64,000 nucleotides of DNA from assembly GCA_047285535.1 (NCBI GenBank), contig JBJBDC010000001.1, positions 1,344,136 to 1,408,135 of the forward strand, given 5' to 3'. Positions 20,928-31,925 of the stretch are shown in pieces. This stretch comes from Synechococcus sp. (GTDB taxonomy: Bacteria > Cyanobacteriota > Cyanobacteriia > PCC-6307 > Cyanobiaceae). Under the pieces are notes generated by a model. The model ran no database searches. It had not been told where the DNA came from and was given only the letters and a program-made list of their open reading frames with translations. The position numbers and the translations under genes were made by a program. Position 1 is the first letter of the stretch; each line of letters begins with the position of its first letter.

Positions 20928-22491
20928 GAGACGCGCCTGCGGAATCAGCAATCACTTGTTGAAGCAAAGGAGTACCAGCAACAGTGCTGCTGGCCCACTG
21001 AAAGAGTGGATTGGAAAGGATTCCCCCCACTGCGGTCACTACAACGCAAAGCACTAGAGCCACTCTCAGCGGCGGTAGACCCATCGTGCCCCAGCTGATG
21101 GGGGGATAGGCCTTCACGACATCCGAAGCCTCCTGGGGCTCCTTCACGACCATCATCTTGATCACTCCGATGTAGTAATAAATCGAAATAACCGAGGTCA
21201 CGAGTCCAACGACGACAAGGACGTATTGCTGGTCTGCCCAGCCAGCAAAAAATAAATATATTTTGCCGAAGAAACCGAGCATGGGTGGAATGCCACCCAG
21301 AGAAAGCAGGCAAAGACTGAGTCCGAGAGTGATTAAGGGGTCTTTCTGATAAAGGCCGGCATAATCAGAAATTCTGTCACTTCCTGTTCTGATCGAAAAT
21401 AAGATAATGCAGGCAAAAGCACCAAGATTCATAAATAAATAGGTGGCCATATAAAGCACCATTGCTGCAAATCCATCTTCCGTTCCACAAACAAGACCGA
21501 TCATCACGAATCCAGCCTGTCCGATAGAGCTATAAGCGAGCATTCTCTTCATCGATGTCTGAGCCAGGGCCACAACATTGCCCAGCGTCATGCTGAGAAT
21601 GGCCAAGACTGTGAAAAGAAGTTTCCATTGAGTATCAAAACTTCCAAAACACCCGACCAGAAGACGCAAGGCCAGAGCAAACCCTGCTGCTTTAGAACCT
21701 ACCGATAAAAACGCTACAACTGGAGTGGGTGATCCTTCGTAAACATCGGGAGTCCACTGATGGAAAGGAACCGCCGCAATTTTGAAAGCCACCGTTGCGA
21801 GAACGAAAACAAGCGCCAAAGCAGCCAAAGGAGTAGGGCTTGCAATAAGAGCATTCCCAATCACTTCCAAACTTGTAGAACCACTCAAGCCGTAGAGAAG
21901 AGAAGCTCCATAAAGAAAAACTGCTGCTGCTGCTGAACCAACCAGTAGGTATTTAAGAGCGGCCTCAGAGCTTCTGGCATCACGTTTCATGTATCCCGAT
22001 AACAAATAACTGGCTACGGAAAGAGTCTCGAGAGAAACGAAAACGCTCACCAAATCAGTTGCTCCGCAAAGCATCATTCCGCCGAGGGTGGCAGCAAGAA
22101 GAATGGCGGCATATTCCCCTACCGGAGTGCCACTTTGTTCGGCGTATCGCCAACTAATGAGAAGCGACAAAAGGGTGGAGAGAGCCACGACAGCGCGGAA
22201 AGCAATCGCCAGATGATCTGAAAGAAATGCACCTAAAAATGATGGCTCTAAAGGAGCATTCCATTGCAAGGCCAACAACACCAAAGCCGTTCCCAAGCCC
22301 ACATAGCAGATGGGTGGAACCCAGCGAACTGAGACTTTTTCACCGGCCAAGTCCACCAACAGCGTGGCGATCATGGCCACAAGAACAGCAGCTTCAGGCC
22401 CAACACTGCCTGAATGCAGGGCAAGGTTGAGCAGCTCACCAGGAGCTGCCATGGCCTGGGTGGAGAGAAGCAGAGCACCCAACTCGGGCAT
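20920..22491 (-). CDS. ndhB: NAD(P)H-quinone oxidoreductase subunit 2
   Basis: [53 protein letters not shown]. Confidence 0.96.
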   Translation of the reverse strand: MPELGALLLSTQAMAAPGELLNLALHSGSVGPEAAVLVAMIATLLVDLAGEKVSVRWVPPICYVGLGTALVLLALQWNAPLEPSFLGAFLSDHLAIAFRAVVALSTLLSLLISWRYAEQSGTPVGEYAAILLAATLGGMMLCGATDLVSVFVSLETLSVASYLLSGYMKRDARSSEAALKYLLVGSAAAAVFLYGASLLYGLSGSTSLEVIGNALIASPTPLAALALVFVLATVAFKIAAVPFHQWTPDVYEGSPTPVVAFLSVGSKAAGFALALRLLVGCFGSFDTQWKLLFTVLAILSMTLGNVVALAQTSMKRMLAYSSIGQAGFVMIGLVCGTEDGFAAMVLYMATYLFMNLGAFACIILFSIRTGSDRISDYAGLYQKDPLITLGLSLCLLSLGGIPPMLGFFGKIYLFFAGWADQQYVLVVVGLVTSVISIYYYIGVIKMMVVKEPQEASDVVKAYPPISWGTMGLPPLRVALVLCVVVTAVGGILSNPLFQWASSTVAGTPLLQQVIADSAGASLG

Positions 22492-22627
22492 GGCGAGTCT
22501 GGTCAAACCAATTGGGCTGGACTTTAGCTGCGCTCATGCTCGTTCCTGAGTGAATTCCCTGATTTCGCTGCACAAAGGTCGGCGGTGCGATAAAGAAGGG
22601 AACGGTTACCGACCCCCCTTGGCGAAC

Positions 22628-25351
22628 TTGGCGAACACCCTGGTCATCGTTGAGAGCCCGACAAAGGCACGCACCATCCGTGGATTCCTTCCCAAGGGCT
22701 ATCGGGTGGAAGCTTCGATGGGCCATGTGCGTGATCTACCAAACAACGCAAGTGAGATCCCTGCCGCACAAAAAGGTCAGAAGTGGGCGAACCTTGGCGT
22801 CAATACCGAAGCGGACTTCGAACCGCTTTACGTGGTTCCGAAGGACAAGAAAAAAATTGTGCGTGAGCTCAAAGATGCCCTGAAGGGTGTTGATGAACTT
22901 CTGCTGGCGACTGATGAAGATCGCGAAGGAGAGAGCATCAGTTGGCATCTACTCCAGCTGCTGTCACCGAAGGTGCCTGTGAAACGCATGGTGTTTCACG
23001 AGATCACGAAAGAAGCGATCTCACGTGCGCTGGATGACACGCGTGAGCTCGACATGGAGCTAGTGCATGCCCAGGAGACCCGCAGAATCCTTGACCGATT
23101 GGTCGGCTACACCCTCTCTCCCTTGTTGTGGAAGAAAGTCGCCTGGGGCCTCTCAGCTGGTCGCGTTCAATCGGTGGCAGTCCGTCTTTTGGTTCAACGG
23201 GAACGGGCTAGACGTGCCTTCCGGAGCGGGAGCTACTGGGATCTGAAGGCTGCACTGGAGCAAAAGAGCATTCGCTTTGATGCCAAGCTCACGCATCTCG
23301 GGGGGACCAAAATTGCCACCGGAAATGACTTTGACGAAAGCACTGGAGATCTCAAGCAGGGCAGCCAAGTTCGCCTTCTCAGCGAAGACGATGCCCGCTC
23401 TCTTGCTCTAGCGATTAGGTCATCGAATTGGACCGTCTCCTCCGTGGAGGAAAAACCTGCTGTGCGGAGGCCGGTTCCACCCTTTACCACCAGCACTCTC
23501 CAGCAGGAATCAAATCGCAAATTGCGTCTTTCGGCACGGGAAACGATGCGGTGTGCCCAGGGGCTGTACGAGCGTGGTTACATCACCTACATGCGCACCG
23601 ATTCGGTGCATCTCTCCGATCAAGCGATCACCGCAGCCCGCAGCTGTGTGGAATCGCGCTACGGGACGGAGTATCTGAGCAAAGGTCCTAGGCAATTCAG
23701 CACGAAGTCACGCAATGCTCAGGAAGCTCATGAAGCGATCCGCCCCTCGGGTGAATCCTTTCGAGCCCCCTCCGAGACAGGTTTAGAAGGGCGTGATCTT
23801 TCTCTCTATGAGCTGATTTGGAAACGCACAGTTGCCAGCCAAATGGCAGACGCTCGCCTCACCATGCTTACGGTTGACCTCACGGTGGAAGAGGCGGTCT
23901 TCCGCGCCCATGGAAAGCGAATTGATTTCGCTGGTTTCTTCCGTGCCTATGTGGAGGGTAGTGATGACCCTGATGCTGCTCTCGAAGGCCAGGAAGTGCT
24001 ACTTCCCGCACTCGTGGTGGGGGATGCTCCCAATGTTCACGATGTCGAGGCACTCGGACACCAGACCCAGCCGCCTGCCCGATTCAGCGAAGCCTCACTT
24101 GTGAAAATGTTGGAGAAAGAGGGAATTGGTCGTCCCTCCACCTACGCCAGCATTATCGGAACCATCGTGGATCGAGGCTATGCCTCTCTGAATAACAACT
24201 CACTGACTCCAAGCTTCACGGCCTTTGCCGTAACGGCCCTGCTTGAGGAACACTTCCCGGATCTTGTGGATACAGGGTTTACAGCCCGTATGGAATCCAC
24301 TCTTGATGAAATTTCTACAGGGAAAGTGCCATGGCTCCCCTACCTGGATCGGTTTTTCAAGGGTGATGAAGGCCTTGAATCCATGGTTCAGAAACGAGAG
24401 GGCGACATCGACCCTGGAGCCTCTCGGACCATTGATCTGGAGGGCTTGCCCTGTGTGGTCAGGATCGGACGATTCGGGGCCTATCTCGAATCCAAACGAA
24501 TTGGCGATGATGGAGAGGAAGAACTGATCAAAGCAAGCCTGCCAAGGGAGATCACTCCAGGCGAACTGGACCAGGAACAAGCCGAATTAATTCTGAAGCA
24601 CAAAGCCGATGGACCTGAGGCGCTGGGCGAGGATCCAGAAACCGGGGATCTTGTCTACCTGCTCTTCGGCCAGTACGGCCCTTATGTGCAGAGAGGCCAG
24701 GTCAGCGACGACAACCCCAAGCCCAAACGAGCCTCATTACCGAAAGGGGTGAAGCCCGAAGATTTAAAACTTGATGATGCACTCGGGCTGCTGCGATTAC
24801 CTCGTCTCCTTGGCGAACATCCTGAAAGCGGAAAGGTACAAGCAGGTTTAGGGCGCTTTGGCCCTTACGTGGTTTGGGACAAGGGGAAAGGAGAAAAGGA
24901 CTATCGATCCCTAAAGGGAGACGACAACGTTCTCGCGATTGGTCTAAGCAGAGCCCTAGAACTTCTAGCGATGCCCAAGCGTGGACGAGGAGGTAGAACT
25001 GCGCTCAAGGATCTAGGAAAGCCTGAAGGAAGCGAAGAAACCGTTCAGGTCTTCGATGGTCCCTATGGCCTCTATGTCAAACAAGGAAAAGTGAATGCTT
25101 CATTGCCTGAAGGCAAAGGGGCCGATGACATCACCTTGAGCGAAGCCATCGCGTTACTCGAGGCGAAAGCCGCTACAAAGAAAACATCACGACGCAAAAC
25201 ATCTACAACCAAAGCCTCCAGCAAAACCAAAAGCTCGACCAAAGGCGCATCCACAACCTCCAAACCTGCGGCCCGCAAAGCTCCTAGAACGACCAAAACC
25301 GGGCGTCTTCGGGCTAGTGCTGTACGAGTCATCCGCCCTGGTAACGCTTAA
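22628..25351 (+). CDS. topA: Type IA DNA topoisomerase I
   Basis: [34 protein letters not shown] (catalytic Tyr), [11 protein letters not shown] start inferred. Confidence 0.97.
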   Translation: MANTLVIVESPTKARTIRGFLPKGYRVEASMGHVRDLPNNASEIPAAQKGQKWANLGVNTEADFEPLYVVPKDKKKIVRELKDALKGVDELLLATDEDREGESISWHLLQLLSPKVPVKRMVFHEITKEAISRALDDTRELDMELVHAQETRRILDRLVGYTLSPLLWKKVAWGLSAGRVQSVAVRLLVQRERARRAFRSGSYWDLKAALEQKSIRFDAKLTHLGGTKIATGNDFDESTGDLKQGSQVRLLSEDDARSLALAIRSSNWTVSSVEEKPAVRRPVPPFTTSTLQQESNRKLRLSARETMRCAQGLYERGYITYMRTDSVHLSDQAITAARSCVESRYGTEYLSKGPRQFSTKSRNAQEAHEAIRPSGESFRAPSETGLEGRDLSLYELIWKRTVASQMADARLTMLTVDLTVEEAVFRAHGKRIDFAGFFRAYVEGSDDPDAALEGQEVLLPALVVGDAPNVHDVEALGHQTQPPARFSEASLVKMLEKEGIGRPSTYASIIGTIVDRGYASLNNNSLTPSFTAFAVTALLEEHFPDLVDTGFTARMESTLDEISTGKVPWLPYLDRFFKGDEGLESMVQKREGDIDPGASRTIDLEGLPCVVRIGRFGAYLESKRIGDDGEEELIKASLPREITPGELDQEQAELILKHKADGPEALGEDPETGDLVYLLFGQYGPYVQRGQVSDDNPKPKRASLPKGVKPEDLKLDDALGLLRLPRLLGEHPESGKVQAGLGRFGPYVVWDKGKGEKDYRSLKGDDNVLAIGLSRALELLAMPKRGRGGRTALKDLGKPEGSEETVQVFDGPYGLYVKQGKVNASLPEGKGADDITLSEAIALLEAKAATKKTSRRKTSTTKASSKTKSSTKGASTTSKPAARKAPRTTKTGRLRASAVRVIRPGNA

Positions 25352-25833
25352 TGCGCTGGCAGTGGTTACCGATACCGCTGCTACTTGCCTTGCAGGCCTG
25401 CTCAGGGACCCCTTTTGGACAAAAGCTGGCCGATAGCTTCGATTCACCTCCACCACCACCCTCCTCGGCACCTGAGAAGTCGAAGTCAACAGAGAAGAAA
25501 GAATCAACCACTCAATTAAGCCAATCCACGAAGCCTGAAGACCGACTCCCCTCTGATCACTCAGAGAAGGACATACCGGTTGAAGAATCAACAACAAACC
25601 AGACAACAAAAAAAGAATCAGAAGTTCCCGTTCGCCTGATGCCAGCCAAACCTCGTCCTTATCGGATCACGATCCGTTTGGCTGCTGCAGATCCAGCCGC
25701 ACCGGCAGAAGGTGTCACGGATGCTCTACGCCGAGCAGGAATTGGCTTTGAAGTCGAAACGATTGAGAAAATTTCTTTGCCTGAAGCCTCAAAAGAAACC
25801 GTCAACGGCTCCTCAGGACAACCTGACATGTGA
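25351..25833 (+). CDS. Hypothetical lipoprotein
   Basis: Lipobox LQAC, Pro/Ser/Glu/Lys-rich linker, compact C-terminal domain; TAATG overlap with topA. Confidence 0.7.
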   Translation: MRWQWLPIPLLLALQACSGTPFGQKLADSFDSPPPPPSSAPEKSKSTEKKESTTQLSQSTKPEDRLPSDHSEKDIPVEESTTNQTTKKESEVPVRLMPAKPRPYRITIRLAAADPAAPAEGVTDALRRAGIGFEVETIEKISLPEASKETVNGSSGQPDM

Positions 25834-26477
25834 TGGAACACCCTCTGAGTCGGCAACAAGCATTAAGAATGATGGAAGCCTCCTACCTGGCGGCTGCCGC
25901 AGCCTTGATTTGGCTTGCTCTCTATTACTTGCCTGTGGGTGGAGCTTTGTTCAGGCTTGCCCTACCTCTGCCCTTGGCTTTGCTTCTGGTGCGTCGAGGC
26001 AGTCGCGCCGGCGTGGAGGGCGTAGCTGTGTCCATTTTGCTTTTGATCGTGCTCATGGGTCCGCTGCGTGGACCTTTGATGCTGTTTCCCTACGGTTTGC
26101 TATCGCTCTGGCTGGGATGGTGCTGGCAAATGAACGTGAGCTGGTGGTTCAGCTGGGGGCTGGGTGTTGTCATTGGATCTGTCGGATTCCTGGTGAGGTT
26201 GGTGGCGCTTTCCTTGATGGTCGGCGAAAACCTCTGGGTGGTGCTCACAAGAGTTGGCGCTGGAGCCCTAGATCGGGTCCTTGACTTGATGCAACTCCCC
26301 CTGGCGCCTGATCTGCTGTTGGTTCAGGCCATGGCAATAACTCTCGTTGTATTGCAACAGCTCATTTATGTTCTGGCCCTCCACGCGTTGGCCTACTGGA
26401 TCTTTCCCCGCCTCAAGGCGCCGATTCCCGAACCTCCTCACCTACTCCATGGCCTGGTCGCCCTCGACCCTCTTTGA
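25830..26477 (+). CDS. DUF2232 membrane protein
   Basis: ME..YLAA...LIWL..YYLP, LMGPLRG, GENLW; about 6 TM segments. Confidence 0.75.
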   Translation: MMEHPLSRQQALRMMEASYLAAAAALIWLALYYLPVGGALFRLALPLPLALLLVRRGSRAGVEGVAVSILLLIVLMGPLRGPLMLFPYGLLSLWLGWCWQMNVSWWFSWGLGVVIGSVGFLVRLVALSLMVGENLWVVLTRVGAGALDRVLDLMQLPLAPDLLLVQAMAITLVVLQQLIYVLALHALAYWIFPRLKAPIPEPPHLLHGLVALDPL

Positions 26478-27675
26478 ACTACCACCGGGATGCACGAAAC
26501 TCGCCGGCCCATCGTCGGACTTTTGGAAGGGTTCCATACGACGCTTTTGGTCTGATACGAATCAGGCCCCCAATCTTTTATTGATACTCTCCTCCACTCT
26601 GACCGCCGAAGTTAATGGCATCTCAGCAGCTGGTGCTAACGCATTTTCGCGGCGATACACGGCGATTGCCGACGCTGAGTTGCTTCTCTATGGACCCTCC
26701 CATCAACCCTTGTGGCCATTGCCTCCGCTCCCAGCTGGTGTCTCGCCAGCTTTGATCAGTTGGGTTGCAGCTGAAGCAATCAAAATTCGCCCATGGGTGG
26801 GTTCTCTCGGGCTCACCAAGATGCCTCCCTTCCCGCATCTGCGCTTCGAAGATCCGCAACTCGGTCCAGCCGCTTGCCTCAGCACAGGTCAGGCGATGAC
26901 TTCTGTGCGGGTCCAACAGCTCTTCAAAAAAGGCAAACGGGTTGGTGAGCGTTTGCATCACCCCCTTGTTCTTGCTGAATGCGTACCTGGTGGAACAACG
27001 ACCGCGTTAGCCATTCTTCGAGGACTCGGACTAGCCGCGAATCACTTGATCAGCGGCAGTGCCATCAATCCCCCGATGGCCTTAAAACGAGAACTCGTTA
27101 GTAAGGGACTGCAATCGGCAGAGTTAAGAGCAAATCCTTCGGCTCAAGAACTGTTGGCCGCCGTAGGGGATCCCTTTCAAGCCTTTGCGACAGGGTTATT
27201 GATTGGATCACTAGCCAGCGGTCAGCCCCTCCTCTTAGCAGGAGGCAGTCAGATGGCAGCGGTTCTGGCACTCAGCCTCACCATGGTCTCGAAAAGAGAA
27301 CGGCAATCGCTTTCAAATCAAGTGCTGATTGGAACAACGTCCTGGTTAGCAGGAGAAGTCCTGATGCCTAATGGGATGCGTCAATCGCAACAGTCCTCCA
27401 AACAGTCATCCCTCGCTGAGCTGCTTTCGTTGCTTGAAAATCATTTCGATGTTGCCATCTCGGCTCTGGCGACTGGTCTTCAGTTTCGCCACAGTCGACA
27501 TCTCTCGCTCCGTGACTACGAACTAGGTCATGTCAAGGAAGGCGTCGGTGCCGGTGGACTCGCCTTGCTTGCTCAACTCCATGGGGTGTCCTTGGAACAC
27601 TTAAACCAGGCCTGCGACAACGCCATGGACCAACTGCTCAAATCCCAGGCATCGGCTTTGGATCCAGCCAATTAA
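26449..27675 (+). CDS. cobT: CobT-like nicotinate-nucleotide base phosphoribosyltransferase (cyanobacterial/archaeal type)
   Basis: GISAAG, YTAIADAE, ECVPGGTTTA, GDP, LAGGSQM, VKEGVGAGG. Confidence 0.85.
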   Translation: MAWSPSTLFELPPGCTKLAGPSSDFWKGSIRRFWSDTNQAPNLLLILSSTLTAEVNGISAAGANAFSRRYTAIADAELLLYGPSHQPLWPLPPLPAGVSPALISWVAAEAIKIRPWVGSLGLTKMPPFPHLRFEDPQLGPAACLSTGQAMTSVRVQQLFKKGKRVGERLHHPLVLAECVPGGTTTALAILRGLGLAANHLISGSAINPPMALKRELVSKGLQSAELRANPSAQELLAAVGDPFQAFATGLLIGSLASGQPLLLAGGSQMAAVLALSLTMVSKRERQSLSNQVLIGTTSWLAGEVLMPNGMRQSQQSSKQSSLAELLSLLENHFDVAISALATGLQFRHSRHLSLRDYELGHVKEGVGAGGLALLAQLHGVSLEHLNQACDNAMDQLLKSQASALDPAN

Positions 27676-27684
27676 GGTCAGTGG

Positions 27685-28698
27685 ATGATCGGCCCTTCTG
27701 CACAGCGTGTTTCGTTTCGCCGTCGACAGCTACTTCAAAGCGGCTTAATTACCGGAATCTCTTGGCTCACAACAGGTTGTGCGCGAACCAACCATTCGCC
27801 AATTGTGCGGGCTACTTCCAAGACCCTCCCGACTCTCTGGCAACAAAAAATTTCAACTCCCTGGCGCTTCGAAGAGCTGAAAGCCATCAACATTGACCAG
27901 CCCAGATGGCTGAACTCAACTGATCTGCTTGCGCTTGGTGATGGTTGGTTATCAACCCTTAATGCTGCATCCTTTCAAGCCATTGATGCCGCTTCTCTTC
28001 AAGGGCAACTAGGGCCTCTGGCAATCAGATTTTTGTCAGAACTACCTAACCCCTGGAAAGGCAAAATCCTTCCGGTGGGCATGAGCCCTTGGGTGATGCT
28101 GTTTCGGGGAGGGCCATCGTTAAAAAACCAAGCGATGCAAAGCTGGGATGTCCTTCTGGATCCTGCACTAAGGACGAAGGTTGTCTTACCAGCAAGTCCG
28201 CGCCTTGTGATCTCGTTGGCAGCGCAGATGCAAGCTTCTGATGCATTGCGGCGCCTGAGGGCAGCTGCAATCAGTTTTGATGATCGACATGCCCTCAATT
28301 GGTTGCTACAAGGCGATGCAGAAGTGGCTGTTCTGCCTGTTGAGCGATGCATGGCAGCTCTACTTCGAGATCCAAGGCTGACCGCTGTGCTACCTCCCCA
28401 GGGAGCGCCTCTGCATTGGACAGTCATGCTTCGTCCCAGTCCCACAAAAGAGCCCCTTCCTCAGGCCTGGGTGAATCAATCCTGGGAGGAGCCCCTCCTC
28501 AGTCGTTTGCTCTCTGCAGGATGGGTGCCTCCTATTGACAGGACTCGCCTGAGCACCGCCTTGTCTCGGGTGCCTAACCGCCTTAGGGATCTCGTTCTTC
28601 CCCCAGAAGAGCTCTGGCAACGTTGCTGGAGCCTGGCGCCTCTGGATCCATCGATGCAAGAAACACTGAAAAAAAGATGGGAAGCCTCAGCCCCATAG
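27685..28698 (+). CDS. Extracellular solute-binding protein (PotD-like), probable Tat lipoprotein
   Basis: RRRQLL twin-arginine signal plus LTTGC lipobox; SWDVLLDPAL, LLQGDA, P.QGA.L.W patterns. Confidence 0.6.
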   Translation: MIGPSAQRVSFRRRQLLQSGLITGISWLTTGCARTNHSPIVRATSKTLPTLWQQKISTPWRFEELKAINIDQPRWLNSTDLLALGDGWLSTLNAASFQAIDAASLQGQLGPLAIRFLSELPNPWKGKILPVGMSPWVMLFRGGPSLKNQAMQSWDVLLDPALRTKVVLPASPRLVISLAAQMQASDALRRLRAAAISFDDRHALNWLLQGDAEVAVLPVERCMAALLRDPRLTAVLPPQGAPLHWTVMLRPSPTKEPLPQAWVNQSWEEPLLSRLLSAGWVPPIDRTRLSTALSRVPNRLRDLVLPPEELWQRCWSLAPLDPSMQETLKKRWEASAP

Positions 28699-29844
28699 GC
28701 GTCGTCTTGGCGCCGCGGCCAACAACTGATGGGTCTCCTCCAACAGTTCTGGGATCTCCAATTGGTGAGGACATCGAGGAAGACAATCACCACAGTGCTG
28801 GCAAGCATCAGCGTTGACCTCTTCCCACCAGTGGCCTGCCCGCCCAATGAGGTTGTAACGCTCTTCTGTGAACTCCTTGAGGTCATGAGCGAGTCTCAGG
28901 TTGCGGAGTCGCAACAACTCAGGAATGGGAACTTCCATCGGACAAGGAAGACAGGCTCTGCACTGGTTGCAAAGGGTTTCACCGAGCCGATGTTGGCGCA
29001 AATTTTCCAGACGCTTCAATGCGGTCTGTTCTGCATGAGTCAGAGCCCCATCACTCATGGCCATTGCAGCAGCAAGCGTGAGGTCTGATGGATGACTGGC
29101 GCCGACCGTGAGCGTGCTAATTCCAGCTGCCAGTAGATACCGATAGGCGAGAGCTAACGGTTCCCATGGCTGACAATCAGCCTTCAACAACTGGCTTGGT
29201 GCTTGCAAGCGTCCACCTTTATCAGCAGGGGAGATCGCCATAACTCCCATTTGGGCCCTGAGCGCACTTAACGCCAAAGGGAGTCGTCCTGGATCTAGTA
29301 AATGGAGATGCAGGCTGCAAAAGCCAAAACGACCACTTGAGATCGCACGAGCAATCAATTGATTGGAACCATGACTGCTGAATCCCACCTGCCCCACAAG
29401 CCCCAGACTCAGCGCCCAGTCCAAAAGCCTTGCCCCATCACCTTCTAAGGCCCAATGCAGATGGTCATCACGATTGAGTCCATGAATGGCTAACCCATTC
29501 AGGAAGGGACGTCCAATCCGTTCAAGGCACGCATACAAAGCGTGTTGCCCCTGTTCAAAAGACACACCTGGAAGAAGCTTGCTGGTAATCAACCAGCCAC
29601 CTTCAGGGACCACACCTTCCTGAGTCAGCTGCTTGAGGGCCTGGCCTAGAAACATTTCTGCGGGCCCATAGGCAGGTGCCGTCTCCAAGTGATTAATCCC
29701 AGCGGCATGGGCTGCCCGCACGACAGAAACCATTTGCTCGAGATCTGTTAGAGCACGCATGGTTCCGAGGGTGAACAAGCTCACCGAAGGCCCGTGACCA
29801 AAGACGCGGCGAACCGCAGGAGTAGTCAAAGGCTTTGTTTTCAT
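28687..29844 (-). CDS. Aldo/keto reductase with C-terminal 4Fe-4S motifs
   Basis: LGTMR, HLETAPAYG, VGFSSHG; CNQCRACLPCP and CQHCGDCLPRCP. Confidence 0.88.
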   Translation of the reverse strand: MKTKPLTTPAVRRVFGHGPSVSLFTLGTMRALTDLEQMVSVVRAAHAAGINHLETAPAYGPAEMFLGQALKQLTQEGVVPEGGWLITSKLLPGVSFEQGQHALYACLERIGRPFLNGLAIHGLNRDDHLHWALEGDGARLLDWALSLGLVGQVGFSSHGSNQLIARAISSGRFGFCSLHLHLLDPGRLPLALSALRAQMGVMAISPADKGGRLQAPSQLLKADCQPWEPLALAYRYLLAAGISTLTVGASHPSDLTLAAAMAMSDGALTHAEQTALKRLENLRQHRLGETLCNQCRACLPCPMEVPIPELLRLRNLRLAHDLKEFTEERYNLIGRAGHWWEEVNADACQHCGDCLPRCPHQLEIPELLEETHQLLAAAPRRRLWG

Positions 29845-30437
29845 CCCAAAAGGTTGTCGTCGTCATTTCCGACATCTTCAGAATGTCTTGACTGAAGGTG
29901 CCGCACCATGGATGCAGGACTCAGCTGATCTAAGAACCGACGAAACTCGTCTCGATCCTCTGCATCCGCTTCGGCATCAACAGCAATCGAGGCTTCCGCG
30001 ACGACTTCCTCCAACATCCAGATGCTGCTGCCAGTTCGGATTGCCAGTGCAATCGCATCACTAGGCCTCGCATCAACATTGATCAGCTCGTCTCTGGACT
30101 CCTCCCCATCGATCTGGACCTTCTCTGCATTGCCCTCTATTTGAAGATCTGGGGCTTCATGGCTGAGTTTCAGCACAGCACGAAAAGTACTGTCTTCGAT
30201 GGCGTGAATGATCACGCGTTCAAGACGAAGTTCACCTGCAGATAACAAGGCCACCATCAAGTCATGGCTTAAAGGACGAGGAGATGGCTCTCCATTCAGC
30301 CCAGCCATGATGTTGTGTGCCTGAGCCTGATCGATCCAGATCGGCACCTGACGTCTCCTAGAGGGATCTCGAAGCAAAACAATTGGACTTCGAGTGGCAG
30401 CATCCAGAGCGATACCAATAACACTCATTTCCACCAT
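29841..30437 (-). CDS. Bifunctional nuclease family (DUF151)
   Basis: MVEMSV.GIALD, PIWI, RPLSHDL, DARPSDAIALA; ATG at 30437 (the track extension overlaps ribE). Confidence 0.9.
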   Translation of the reverse strand: MVEMSVIGIALDAATRSPIVLLRDPSRRRQVPIWIDQAQAHNIMAGLNGEPSPRPLSHDLMVALLSAGELRLERVIIHAIEDSTFRAVLKLSHEAPDLQIEGNAEKVQIDGEESRDELINVDARPSDAIALAIRTGSSIWMLEEVVAEASIAVDAEADAEDRDEFRRFLDQLSPASMVRHLQSRHSEDVGNDDDNLLG

Positions 30438-30495
30438 CGCCTGCTCTCTCCCCCTTCTTCGATTATGACCAGTGAACTCGCTTTGGATGCAAGGC

Positions 30496-31158
30496 ATGTT
30501 CACAGGACTGGTGCGAGCCGTTGGTCGTATTGAAAGAAGAAGCAGTGGATTGATGATCAGCGGATGCTCACCTTTTGCTCCTCTTGAGCTTGGAGACAGC
30601 GTTGCAGTTGATGGCGTCTGCCTGACTGTGGCAGCGCTTGTCGGTGATGGATTTCTCGCCAATGTCAGCGAGGAAACGCTGCAACGCAGCACGCTCGGAC
30701 GGAAAGCATCAATAGGTGGTTCTGTCAACCTAGAGCCTGCCCTCCGCTTGTCCGATCGGCTTGGAGGACATCTCGTCAGTGGTCACGTCGACAGCATCGG
30801 CGAGGTGGTGGCTATTGAATCCCTCAGCCAGTCCTGGCATTTGGAGCTGCGCTGGCGGGATGCCACTTATGGCCGCTACATCTGCGAGAAAGCAAGTGTT
30901 GCGGTGAATGGCATTAGCCTCACGGTGGCAGGCTGTGCAGAGGCTGGGAGCCGATTTTGGATCGCCGTCATTCCCCACACTTGGATGGCCACAGCCTTAC
31001 GCGATCTGAGCAAAGGTGATGAGGTGAATTTGGAAATCGATCTTCTCGCCCGCTACACAGAGCAATTATTGGTCGGCACGACAAAAAGGCCACCACCACC
31101 ATCGGAGATGCCCAAACCTCTCAGCTCCGAATGGCTCTCGGCGCAGGGTTGGAGCTGA
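30496..31158 (+). CDS. ribE: Riboflavin synthase (alpha chain)
   Basis: MFTGL N-terminus, SVAVDGVCLTV, VNLEPAL..DRLGGHLVSGHVD. Confidence 0.96.
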   Translation: MFTGLVRAVGRIERRSSGLMISGCSPFAPLELGDSVAVDGVCLTVAALVGDGFLANVSEETLQRSTLGRKASIGGSVNLEPALRLSDRLGGHLVSGHVDSIGEVVAIESLSQSWHLELRWRDATYGRYICEKASVAVNGISLTVAGCAEAGSRFWIAVIPHTWMATALRDLSKGDEVNLEIDLLARYTEQLLVGTTKRPPPPSEMPKPLSSEWLSAQGWS

Positions 31159-31231
31159 GGGAACATCACAGAAACTGGTCAGTTCATCATGAACTCAATA
31201 CGTTTCAGGAGTTGTTCCTTGAAAAGGTTTC

Positions 31232-31822
31232 ATGACTGCTGAAGATCGATCCGATTCCCTCGGAACGTTTAAAGCCTTCGCCATCGCTGAAGGAATTCTG
31301 TTGATTGTTCTAGGTCTTTTAGCCCTGGTCTTTCCCGTGATTGCCTCGGTTTGGGTCACGGGAGTCATTGCCGTTTTGTTTTTGATTGGCGGAGTAGTGG
31401 GTTGGATTAGCAACTTGGCTCGTTCGCGCCGCATGGGGCGTTGGATCTGTTTTTGGCGTCTCGTCGTGTCGACATTGTTCATCGTGGCGGGTGCTTCGAT
31501 GATGAGTAATTTCAACAGTGCGGCAGGGCTCAAGGAGCAAGTCATGGCTCTATCCCTAGCGATCGGGATTGTTTTTCTGGTGGAGGGTGTGGTGGCCTTC
31601 TTCAATGGCTTGGCCAACAGCAAACGCCCAGGAGCGGGATGGGCCGTTGCCAATGGACTGATCACCTTCATCCTTGGTCTCCTGATCGTGACACTCAAGG
31701 CAGGGGGACTTTTTTGGGTTCTCGGTGTACTGGTTGGAATCAGCTTCCTGTTCAGCGGAATCGATCTAATCGCTTTGAGCTCAACAATCCATGATGACCA
31801 GGAGCCACCAGCTGCGGCGTAA
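31232..31822 (+). CDS. HdeD/DUF308 membrane protein
   Basis: GILLIVLGLLALVFP repeat, six TM segments, LGVLVGISFLFSG. Confidence 0.8.
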   Translation: MTAEDRSDSLGTFKAFAIAEGILLIVLGLLALVFPVIASVWVTGVIAVLFLIGGVVGWISNLARSRRMGRWICFWRLVVSTLFIVAGASMMSNFNSAAGLKEQVMALSLAIGIVFLVEGVVAFFNGLANSKRPGAGWAVANGLITFILGLLIVTLKAGGLFWVLGVLVGISFLFSGIDLIALSSTIHDDQEPPAAA

Positions 31823-31853
31823 AGACATCACATTCAAAGTTCAAACGACCCAC

Positions 31854-31891
31854 AGCCAGAGCCAGCCTAATGGCCAGGTTCTGGCTTTTAT
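31854..31891 (+). terminator. Probable terminator between the convergent hdeD-like and abrB-like genes
   Basis: AGCCAGAGCC/GGTTCTGGCT 10-bp stem (one G-U), inner GCC/GGC, followed by TTTAT. Confidence 0.5.
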
Positions 31892-31925
31892 GTTGATGAT
31901 GCTGTTGATCGAGACTGGGAAGTCT

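Noticed and set aside
30438..30728. Track N-terminal extension of the DUF151 ORF (similar cases for ycf46, tsaD, psaF, GT4, cobT, ctaB and topA)
   Set aside because: The extensions precede the family-typical N-terminus and mostly overlap neighbouring genes; downstream starts chosen
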